Positions 1 through 8,500 of a stretch of 39,256 bases of DNA are shown in pieces. The notes under the pieces are model-generated. The model ran no database searches. It saw only the letters and a program-made list of their open reading frames with translations, and was not told the origin of the DNA. The DNA comes from Kiritimatiellia bacterium (GTDB taxonomy: Bacteria; Verrucomicrobiota; Kiritimatiellia; RFP12; UBA1067): contig JAGBWQ010000117.1 of assembly GCA_017629735.1 (NCBI GenBank), forward strand, positions 1-39,256. Direction: 5' to 3'. Numbering within the stretch: position 1 is the first letter of the stretch; every line of letters begins with the position of its first letter. The translations under genes and the position numbers were made by a program.

Positions 1-1122
1 AATTGTCGGGATATCACTAAGCCCCAACTCAGAAAAAACAGCACGAGCCGCCCTAAGCTGAGTGATACCTCCATCGCAAACAAAAAGATCTGCCTGTGGA
101 AGCGCATCTGCGACAGTCGACTCGGGAGAATATCTGCGCGCAACAACTTCTGCCATCGCTCGCGGATCATCTGCGCCAGAAAAAGACTTAATCTTAAACC
201 TTCTATAAAGCCTACCGTCTGGGAGCCCGTCACGCGCAACCACGAGCGAGGCTACATTATATTCTCCAAACAGATTTGAAATATCAACACACTCAATGAT
301 ACGCGGCACCTTCGGAAGATTTAAAACTGCCGCAAGCTCTTCGATCCCCTTCTCTGCGCTTTCGCGCCGCATTGAAGGATTCTTTCTAACAAAGTGCGCC
401 TTTGTCATTTCCTTTAAGGCAAAGAGCGTATCCCTCAAGCGCGCCGCTTCTTCATAGTCGCCCGCGGCAGCCTTAGTACGCATCTGAGCATCAACTTCAG
501 CAATAGCCTCTGGCCTCTTGCCATCAAGAAAAGCACAAGCCTCCTCAAATCTCTGGCGATATTCCTCTTCTGTCACTCGTCCAAGGCACGGAGCGCTGCA
601 TCTACGGATAACATGGGCAAGACAATGCCTATAAGCGTTCTCATCTGGAACAATGCATTTACACTCTCTTATTCCCCAGCGTCGCTCGACGAAATCTTTT
701 GCCGCGCGAACAACACTCGCAGATGGGAAAGGTCCGAAATAACGCGCTCCATCATCGCGCACAATTCGACAACACGTAAAGCGAGGCCATTTGGCCAATG
801 GATCTGCGCGTAACGAAAGGTATCGCTTGTCATCGCGCATCAAGATATTAAAATGAGGCTTATACTGCTTGATGAGAGACGCTTCCGTCAAAAGCGATTC
901 CGCCTCATTCTTGACGGTCATGAATTCAAAATCGTGCACAAGATTAACCATCGAGCGCACTTTAGGAGGGTGCTTAGCACCTGGACGAAAATACGAAAGA
1001 ACTCGCCGCCTTAAATTCTTGGCTTTTCCAATATAAATGATTGCACCCCGGCGATCTCGCATGAGATAACAACCGGGGCGCTCTGGAACGGTTTTAAGCC
1101 GCTCTCTGAGAAGATCGGTCAA
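1..1122 (-). CDS. uvrC: Excinuclease ABC subunit C (UvrC), N-terminal 374 codons; the rest lies beyond the left edge
   Basis: My translation of the minus strand gives MTDLLRERLKTVPERPGCYLMRDRRGAIIYIGKAKNLRRRVLSYFRPGAKHPPK..., a GIY-YIG N-terminus typical of UvrC. The frame stays open to position 1. It is absent from the ORF track because it is truncated. The start is TTG at 1120-1122, overlapping the tatA stop (TTGA). Confidence 0.9.
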   Translation of the reverse strand, partial: MTDLLRERLKTVPERPGCYLMRDRRGAIIYIGKAKNLRRRVLSYFRPGAKHPPKVRSMVNLVHDFEFMTVKNEAESLLTEASLIKQYKPHFNILMRDDKRYLSLRADPLAKWPRFTCCRIVRDDGARYFGPFPSASVVRAAKDFVERRWGIRECKCIVPDENAYRHCLAHVIRRCSAPCLGRVTEEEYRQRFEEACAFLDGKRPEAIAEVDAQMRTKAAAGDYEEAARLRDTLFALKEMTKAHFVRKNPSMRRESAEKGIEELAAVLNLPKVPRIIECVDISNLFGEYNVASLVVARDGLPDGRLYRRFKIKSFSGADDPRAMAEVVARRYSPESTVADALPQADLFVCDGGITQLRAARAVFSELGLSDIPTI

Positions 1123-1322
1123 GCCAGTTCCTTAGCGGGCTCTTCTGCCTTGGCCTGAGCTTCTTCGCTCTTTGCCTCTTCCTGCTCGCCTTCGACGAGA
1201 CCCTTCTTAAACTCACCCTTTGCCTTGCCGATTGAGCGTGCCAATTCAGGGATCTTCTTGGCGCCGAAGAGAATCGCAATAATCGCGACGACAATCAATA
1301 TCTGCCAAAGTCCTGGTCTCAT
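1119..1322 (-). CDS. tatA: Twin-arginine translocase subunit TatA/E
   Basis: 67 aa. N-terminal TM helix followed by the FG hinge and an amphipathic, acidic tail (WQILIVVAIIAILFGAKKIPELARSIGKAKGEFKKG). An AAGGAG Shine-Dalgarno sequence lies upstream. Confidence 0.9.
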   Translation of the reverse strand: MRPGLWQILIVVAIIAILFGAKKIPELARSIGKAKGEFKKGLVEGEQEEAKSEEAQAKAEEPAKELA

Positions 1323-1357
1323 TTCTTTTCTCCTTAAATATTTTCGCTGTTTGCCGT

Positions 1358-1366
1358 ATTATATCA
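1358..1366 (-). promoter_or_regulatory. Extended -10 promoter box TGATATAAT for tatA
   Basis: The reverse complement of 1358-1366 reads TGATATAAT, about 35 nt upstream of the tatA ATG. The AAGGAG SD lies between them. Confidence 0.45.
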
Positions 1367-1430
1367 TATTCTTTATAGCTCGTGCATTAGACCTTACGAC
1401 ATAAAATTTCTGCTCATGCCTAATTCTGAT

Positions 1431-1460
1431 TTGCTTGTGGACGATAAACTCTGATATAAT
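1431..1460 (+). promoter_or_regulatory. Sigma-70-type promoter: TTGCTT, 18-nt spacer, TGATATAAT
   Basis: TTGCTT at 1431-1436, TG at 1452-1453, TATAAT at 1455-1460. The ATG at 1470 is only 9 nt downstream and has no SD. Confidence 0.5.
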
Positions 1461-1469
1461 CTCACATAA

Positions 1470-2237
1470 ATGGCATTACGCATGAAACGCGACATTATAG
1501 AAATACTTAGGCAGAGAGCCGATGAGTACGAGACGATCTCCTTCACGGAGAACGATCCGTCTAAATTCATGCACATGGCCAAGGGGAAAAGGAATCGCGA
1601 AGCAACTGCGTTCGTCGCCTCTGCCTTAAGCTTTGGAAGCCGCAAGCAATTTCTCCCAAAGATTCAATTTATTTTTGATTTGGCTAAAGGCAACATAGAC
1701 AAATGGATTAGAGAAGGAAATTTTGAAGATGCCTTTCAGCCAAACGACATTCGCCCCTTCTATCGATTTTTTACCTTCGCGCAAATGAACGCATTCTTCC
1801 GCGCCTATAAATCAGCTCTTGATGAATACGACACTCTCGGAGCGCTCGTCGCATCTAAGGCAAAAGGCAATGCCGTTAATGCCGTAGAAGTAATTTGCAC
1901 ACACTTCCGGGAGCATGGCTCACGAGGTGTTATTCCTGCAGACGCCAAATCTGCTTGCAAAAGAGTTTGTATGTTTTTAAGATGGATGGTGAGAGATTCA
2001 TCGCCTGTCGACATCGGGCTTTGGGCCAAATTCATCGATCGCAAAACGCTTGTTATTCCTCTCGATACTCATGTTCTCACACAAGCAGCATCTTTAGGAT
2101 TGATTAAAAGCCCTTCTGCGTCAATGTCTGCCGCGAAAAAACTTACATCTGCTCTTGCAACTATTTTCCCTGACGACCCTGTGCGCGGCGACTTTGCCCT
2201 TTTTGGCTACGGAGTAAGCCAGCAGGGAAACTCTTAA
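1470..2237 (+). CDS. TIGR02757/DUF2400-family conserved protein, function unknown
   Basis: 255 aa. It carries the family-typical C-terminal block CKRVCMFLRWMVRDSSPVDIGLW...LVIPLDTHV...DPVRGDFALFGYG. A second in-frame ATG lies at 1482. Confidence 0.75.
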   Translation: MALRMKRDIIEILRQRADEYETISFTENDPSKFMHMAKGKRNREATAFVASALSFGSRKQFLPKIQFIFDLAKGNIDKWIREGNFEDAFQPNDIRPFYRFFTFAQMNAFFRAYKSALDEYDTLGALVASKAKGNAVNAVEVICTHFREHGSRGVIPADAKSACKRVCMFLRWMVRDSSPVDIGLWAKFIDRKTLVIPLDTHVLTQAASLGLIKSPSASMSAAKKLTSALATIFPDDPVRGDFALFGYGVSQQGNS

Positions 2238-3508
2238 TTTGCGCGAAGGCGCTCGGAGGGGTCCATTGCATCTCCCACGGGATACGGAAACGCCCCAAGA
2301 GCAGATAATGCCGCGCCCGCAAGAAAGAGCGAACCGCAAATCAAAACTTCAACCGCGCCTGAACTAGAAGATGATGATGCTTTTCGCGCGCCTGAAACCT
2401 CAAGAGCTTCCTCCAATGAAGATGCCGCGCTAGCCTCAATCCCTACGCCTCTCATCAGCGATGCCGCTTCCTCTGCTGAAAGAGAACGAGGATTATCCGT
2501 GCGCACCGCAACAGCGCGCGATACATGAGGCGCAAGTGTACGGAGAACGAAATCTACATCTTTATCAGAGCAAAAGCCAGCTACAAGAACAACTTTTTTT
2601 CCATCTAACTGGGAAGAGAGCGAAGCTGCAAGAGCCTCAGCCGCTGGAGGATTGTGTGCACCATCAACGATAACGCCGCCAATGCGATGGAAACGCCCGG
2701 GCCAGACAACATCTGCCAAACCATCGGTTAAATTCTCAGCCGTTTTCAAAACACCAATCGACTCAAGCGTCTTCAAAGATGCTATTGCAGTAACGGCATT
2801 TTCGCGATTAAAAAGGCCTGAAAGAGAAAAGGCCGAAGGGATTTCCTCTTCACTTGCAATATCAGGCGCGTACACGAATGGCGCGTTTAATTCTCTCGCC
2901 CGTCTCTCAACAACTTCTCTTACGCGAGGATCATTCATTCCAAGAACAACCGGCACTCCCTCACGGATAATGCCTGCTTTTTCAAAAGCAACTTCCTCAA
3001 GAGTATTTCCAAGCCAGTCGCAATGATCAAGCCCTACACGCGTTATGACAGAAAGAACACTGTTGCACACATTAGTTGCATCAAGCCTACCGCCAAGGCC
3101 ACACTCAAGAGCCGCCAAAGAAATTTTCTTTTGCGCAAAAAGAACGAACGCGGCCGCAGTTAACGTCTCAAAATAAGTAAGCGAAGCACACTCATTTGAA
3201 GCAAGAACACTCTCTGATGCGTCTTCAAGATCTTTATCGGAGACTTGCTCTCCATTGATAAAAAATCTCTCATTCACCTTCATGAGATGCGGGCTTGTAT
3301 AACGCGCAACGCCTACCACGCCACGCGCACGAAAAGCCGCATCAAGAATTGCCGTAACTGCACCCTTGCCATTCGTTCCTGCAACATGAACAGCACGAAA
3401 TAATTTCTCTGGATTGCCAAGCGCGGCACATGCCTTGCGCATTGGCTCAAGACCAAGTTTCATGCCACTCATTCCACGCGAAGCTAACTCCGCTACAAGG
3501 CGCGTCAC
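2234..3508 (-). CDS. folC: Bifunctional folylpolyglutamate synthase / dihydrofolate synthase (Mur-ligase family)
   Basis: The N-terminus LGLEPMRKACAALGNPEKLFRAVHVAGTNGKGAV contains the P-loop of FolC-type Mur ligases. 424 aa. GTG start overlapping the upstream stop (GTGA). Confidence 0.9.
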   Translation of the reverse strand: MTRLVAELASRGMSGMKLGLEPMRKACAALGNPEKLFRAVHVAGTNGKGAVTAILDAAFRARGVVGVARYTSPHLMKVNERFFINGEQVSDKDLEDASESVLASNECASLTYFETLTAAAFVLFAQKKISLAALECGLGGRLDATNVCNSVLSVITRVGLDHCDWLGNTLEEVAFEKAGIIREGVPVVLGMNDPRVREVVERRARELNAPFVYAPDIASEEEIPSAFSLSGLFNRENAVTAIASLKTLESIGVLKTAENLTDGLADVVWPGRFHRIGGVIVDGAHNPPAAEALAASLSSQLDGKKVVLVAGFCSDKDVDFVLRTLAPHVSRAVAVRTDNPRSLSAEEAASLMRGVGIEASAASSLEEALEVSGARKASSSSSSGAVEVLICGSLFLAGAALSALGAFPYPVGDAMDPSERLRAN

Positions 3509-4449
3509 AATATCCCCCCAACAATGCCTATCCCATTAGGCAAAACAACAAGCGCGGCGATTATTGCATAGCAGACAAGAACAAGCCACATGATCTTGTC
3601 GGAAAGAAGCAACTTGTCGGGGCGGCCGACGTCAGCAAGCGAATATGTAAGCCAGAGATAGCGAACAAGGCCTAACGCAACGGGAATTGCCGTAAGCGAC
3701 AGCGCCCCGCCGCATTCATAGCGCGCTATCGTAGATGGAACAAGTGTATATGCCACATAAACCGATAGCGTGACCATGGCAGACGAGGCAATAAGCATAT
3801 CGATGGTTGGCAGATGATACATCTTAAGCGCAGGACGAGATTCTTCGCAAAGAAGTTTTTCGTGGCGACGCTTACAAAGCGCAAGGAAAAGAGAAAGCGA
3901 AAATGCACAGAGCAAAAGCCACGGCGAAAGACGCACGCCAAGAACAGTTGTGCCGGCTATTGCACGAAGGACAAAGCCTGATGCAATAACAATAACATCA
4001 ACATACGGAAGTCGCTTCAGGAAGCCCGTATAGCAAAGTTGCATTGCACTATATGCAATTACAACAGCAAGCATTGGCCACCTATCGATGTGACGCAAGA
4101 ACATAACGAGCGACGGAATAAACCCAAGCACAAGAAGAAATGCCGACATTACTCTTGCAGCACGAATACTGATAAGAGAGGCAGCTATAGGACGAAAGCG
4201 TTTTACTGGATGGAGCCTATCGGAAGAAATGTCGCGAACATCATTCAGAAGATAGAAGGCCGAAGAGATAAGACAAAAACCTCCAAACATTCCAAGCATC
4301 AGCAAGACAGGTCTCCAGCCCGATGCCATTGCACGCTGCCCAGGGTCGCCCAACGCAAATAGCCACGCCGCAGGAATCAGAAGATTCTTCGTCCATTGGC
4401 TAAGGCGCAGAGCCCTTAACCAAACAATTAGTCTTTTAATGCACTCCAT
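3505..4449 (-). CDS. UbiA-superfamily prenyl-phosphate phosphoribosyltransferase (decaprenyl-phosphate phosphoribosyltransferase-like)
   Basis: LRALRLSQWTKNLLIPAAWLFA, then NDVRDISSDRLHPVKRFRPIAAS (Asp-rich motif followed by HP.K..RPIA). Polytopic membrane protein of 314 aa. The pattern matches the Rv3806c-like clade as I remember it. Confidence 0.78.
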   Translation of the reverse strand: MECIKRLIVWLRALRLSQWTKNLLIPAAWLFALGDPGQRAMASGWRPVLLMLGMFGGFCLISSAFYLLNDVRDISSDRLHPVKRFRPIAASLISIRAARVMSAFLLVLGFIPSLVMFLRHIDRWPMLAVVIAYSAMQLCYTGFLKRLPYVDVIVIASGFVLRAIAGTTVLGVRLSPWLLLCAFSLSLFLALCKRRHEKLLCEESRPALKMYHLPTIDMLIASSAMVTLSVYVAYTLVPSTIARYECGGALSLTAIPVALGLVRYLWLTYSLADVGRPDKLLLSDKIMWLVLVCYAIIAALVVLPNGIGIVGGIL

Positions 4450-5516
4450 CTAATAAGCCCCCAGAGCAACGAATGAGAAACGCCCACAGGATCTTCCTCG
4501 CGCTCATAGAAAGTCCAAAACTTCGCCCAATTGCGATCTACAGCTGGGACATGGCGAATCGGGATGAGCGAGAGGAATCTGCTTCTCGCAACGCCATTTT
4601 CTTCTTTCGTTTCCCAAAACGGCCACAACCTAAAATAGTCTGCGCTCTTAACCCAAAACGGAAACACTCTCGTTTCGTTCGGCAATATCTCAACAAGACG
4701 CCAACCAAACCTCCTTGTAACATCTTCCACTGCGCCATCTGAATAACGCTTATTCTCAACGTACTCATAAAACGGGAAAATACTAAGACGCGAACGCTGA
4801 ATAGTTGACTCGTATTCAAAGAAAGGCCACGGACAGCGCACTCTCATGCCGTAACGCGACGGCTTTTTAGGATCGCCAACTTTAGCATGAGAGAAAAACG
4901 GCGGAATAAAGAGAATCTGTTTTTCACGCGCTCGGTCTATGCACCCAAAAAGAGGCCAGACCATCAAAGAAAAACCCTCGCCTGATGTATCTCTATCTTC
5001 TGAATAAGATGCCCATGTCACAAAAGGCCACAATGCTGTCTCGTGAACACTTTCTCTCGAATTATTCTTCACATAAAGCGGCCACACTCCCCAGCTACCA
5101 TCTTCGCGCCAATGGAAGAAAGGAAAGAGCACAGAATGCGAGCGCAACTTCTTATCGGCTCGAGGCGTTGTATAAGAATGATAAAGCGGCCACAATACGA
5201 AAGAGGCATCATTAAGGCCTAAGATATGTGGGTGACTTCCCCAAATTGGGAATAGACCAAAGTAACTGCTATCGTCTTTAGTCCCATTCCACCAAAGCGG
5301 AAAGAGAGAAAACTGATAGCCATGGTCGTTCTCAAGATAATGCGCTGCAAAACAAAAACGCCACCAATCGCGATGGGCGGTAAAAACCGGCCAAAGGACA
5401 TCTGTGGTGTCTTGCGTCGAAGAGTAGATTGGGCGTAATGCGACTGAACCGTCCTCACCTTGTTGGTAGAACGGTCCAATCTGAAAAGCTACAGCAAGCA
5501 GTAGTTTACTTAGCAC
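4428..5516 (-). CDS. Hypothetical protein built from about 15 aromatic-Pro repeats (hydrophobic-[W/F]-P-hydrophobic-[F/Y/W])
   Basis: 362 aa. Repeats include LWPVF, LFPLW, LFPIW, LWPLY, LFPFF, VWPLY, LWPFV, VWPLF, PWPFF, IFPFY, VFPFW and LWPFW, spaced every 14-40 aa. Apparent GTG start. The gene overlaps both neighbours (11 nt and 22 nt). I recognise no family. Confidence 0.6.
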   Translation of the reverse strand: MLSKLLLAVAFQIGPFYQQGEDGSVALRPIYSSTQDTTDVLWPVFTAHRDWWRFCFAAHYLENDHGYQFSLFPLWWNGTKDDSSYFGLFPIWGSHPHILGLNDASFVLWPLYHSYTTPRADKKLRSHSVLFPFFHWREDGSWGVWPLYVKNNSRESVHETALWPFVTWASYSEDRDTSGEGFSLMVWPLFGCIDRAREKQILFIPPFFSHAKVGDPKKPSRYGMRVRCPWPFFEYESTIQRSRLSIFPFYEYVENKRYSDGAVEDVTRRFGWRLVEILPNETRVFPFWVKSADYFRLWPFWETKEENGVARSRFLSLIPIRHVPAVDRNWAKFWTFYEREEDPVGVSHSLLWGLIRWSALKD

Positions 5517-8500
5517 GCTTCTCCATCTCCATAAATTCGCGCTTCTCGTACTCCGTCAGCTCGGAAACACGAGAGCGAACCTTCCTAAGCGAAAGTCTCG
5601 CGCCCTTCTTATCTCCGCGGAGAATCTGCGCGCGTGCAAGCGAAGTCCAGACGCGGATATCTTCTTTCTCGACTCCGCTCTTCTTCTGGATCTCAATTGC
5701 CTGACGCACACACTTCTCCGCTTCTTCAGGATCCTTGCCGGCATCCATAAGAATAACACCAAGGGTTTCCCACACAAGATAAAACTCTGGAGCCTTCTTG
5801 GTGGCAAGCCTTGCATAACGCTCGGCCTCCTCGAACTTACCGCTTCTGCGAAGCACTTCTGCAAGGTCGTTCATTGCAAGCACATTGGGACGCGGCGCGT
5901 CAGCAGCCTTACGCAGATACATCTCTGCCTGCGAGTAGCTGCCCTTTCCGATGAAGAGCGAGCCCATCACATAGTTTGCAAGAGGAGCATCACGATTGCG
6001 ATAGAGAACATCGCGCGCATGCACCTCTGCGCTTACCTCGTCGTCGAGAGAAATGTCGAGACCAAGCACCATATCGTGCGCAGCCATAGAATCGGGCCTT
6101 GCGCGAGCGGCCGCGGCGAATGCATCACGAGCGAGGCGAAGCTTGCCCTCGCCACTGCGCATCATAAGAAACGCCTTTGTGATCTGCACATAATAGTCGT
6201 AAGGATTGGTCGTGTTCTTTTCCATCGCAGGGAGATAAATGTCGGAAATCTCCTTGCGAAGAGCATCTCTTACTTTAGCATCCTTCGTCGCGTCCCACTG
6301 CTGCATAGAAACTGCCGCGAGGAACGACCAAGCGAGCATATCCTTAGGCGACTCGTCCGTGAGCTTAAGAAGAGTCTTCTTCGCTTCTGCGAGATTGCCC
6401 TTCATCATCGCAATCATTGCCAGTTCCATCTTTGCGCGGCGGCCTTCACCAGGAGATGCAGCAACTGCGCGTTCAAGATAGGAGAGAGCCGCTTTCTGAT
6501 CGCCCTGCAAGAGCTCGAGACGCATCATGCCGATAAGTGCATCGTGATCGTCGGCCTTGGCCTGAAGCACCTTCTGATACATCTCGCGAGACTTAACGCT
6601 ATCATTATCGTTCGCATAGAGAGCTGCCATCATATTAAGAAGAGCAAGCTGCTTCTCGCGCGGAACGAATTCGATTGCGCGGCGAATCTGCGCAAGAGCA
6701 TCGCCTGGACGACCTGTACGCGCCCAGCTGAAGCCAAGTCTTACGAACATATCGGGGTTACGAATATAACCGTAGAACGACGAAAGTCTCCAGATCGCAT
6801 AGCGCCGAGTCTTGTCGTCGATAAGAGCTTTAATTCGGCTTTCAAGTGCGGCGCGCTTTGCCTCTGCACCTTCGTGCTTGCGGCCAGCCATTTCGACCTC
6901 GTTGAAGAGCGCCGAAACATTGTCGGTATCGATCTCGCCAAGCACGCGCTCGAAGAACGCGAAAGCTTCATCATCGCGCTTCTGATCTTGCAGATATACG
7001 CCGCGGTTGTTCGCAACAAGACCAAAGTGACGACGAAGCGAATAGCGAAGACGTGTGATAGGATCGACTCCGCGCGACGACTTATAGCTGCCCCAACCTT
7101 CGGGAACAGAAAGAAGCTTGTCGTATTCGGGCCAGTCGCTCCAATCAGAAAGTGAAACCTTCTCGTCTGCGCCGAAGAAAAGGAATTCAGGAATTGGGCT
7201 AAAGCCTGCAGAGAACCACAAATCAGGCGCGCCCCAAACGGCAACCTTCTTCGTCACAGATGGGTCGCACGCAAGCCAGTCTTGCACGAAAGGAAGTACG
7301 CCCAAAGAAAGCGACATCGACAGATGCTCGTTCTTCGACCCACCAACGTTCTTCTCACGAATAAGCTTATCAAGATATTTAATGTACACCTGATCAGAAT
7401 CGCGAGCAAGAGAAATAAGAGTTACATCTTTGCCCTGCTTCTGAGCCTGAAGAAGCAAGTGATGGTCGATAAGGCCATCGGTGATAAGCCAATTACGCTC
7501 GCCAAGATCTGCAAGAGCGCGAGATGCGATCTTATCGGCAAATGCGCCGCGGTTCCTGTCGAAGGTGAAGAAATTCCAAATGGACGCAAAGCCAAAAACG
7601 AACACGAGCACAGCGAACGAAGAGAACGCGAATGCATTGGATCTGCGAAGCCACCAGTATGATGCGAGATGGCCTGCAACAAATGCCGCGAACGCACTTG
7701 TAAACACAGGGAACTCGCCCCAAACATCCATCAAGGACGAAGGGGTGAAAGCCGTAGCAATAGAAAGCACCGCCAAAAGCGAAAGCGCGATCTGATAGAT
7801 GAACTGGACGATGGACAAAGGCTCATTGTAAACGCGCTCGCTAGAGAAAAGAACCGCCACAAAAGGAAGTGTGGAAAATGCCGCCACAAAAATCCATCCG
7901 GGGCGCGTGCACTGAGAGATATCGCTGGAGCAATGAGCGATGTAGCCAGAGATGTCAAACCCAGCCAATGTAAACACGCTAAAGAAAAGCGCAAAGAAAG
8001 AGAAGATAAGAATCGCAAGCGCGATATAGGGGCTACGTCCTGCAAGAAGCTCCGAGCGAACAACGACAAATGTCGCGACAAGAAGAAGCGGCGCAAAGAA
8101 CACGCTATCGCAAAAACCTGCGCCAGCAACTAATCCCGAAAGCGCGAGGAAAGCGTATGCTTTTCCGCTCGACTCTGAATGGGCATAGGAGATAAGGAAG
8201 GAGACGGAAACAAGAGCTATGACAGCTGCGAAAAGGCGCGGCTCAATGTGGGAAGCGGCACCACGCACTGCGGGCGAGAAAAGGAACACAACTGCCGCAA
8301 CGACAGCCGCCATACGCGAAACCGACGGCGCCATTCTAAAGACGCTTTCACTGTGCAAACGCGCACGCGTAAACACAAGAACGCATCTATAAAGAAGCAA
8401 GACCGCGGCGATGCCGAGAATAGGAGCCATGAAGTTCGACGCGCCAAAGAAAGATGCGACGAACTTCATCACAGGATAATACACCGCCGACGAAACATCA

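Noticed and set aside
613-813. 66-aa plus-strand ORF, together with the 1094-1294 minus-strand alternative-frame ORF.
   Set aside because: The first is embedded antisense in uvrC and the second is out of frame inside tatA. Neither has supporting signals.
6019-7155. Long plus-strand ORF (378 aa) opposite the GT-C/TPR gene. Similar antisense ORFs occur at 9066-9968 (300 aa), 17195-18556 (453 aa), 18797-19657 (286 aa) and 20480-21595 (371 aa).
   Set aside because: Each lies entirely antisense to a CDS with clear family motifs. Their products are Arg/Cys/Ser/His-rich low-complexity strings with no recognisable domains, SDs or promoters. They are typical shadow ORFs produced by the codon bias of the true gene.
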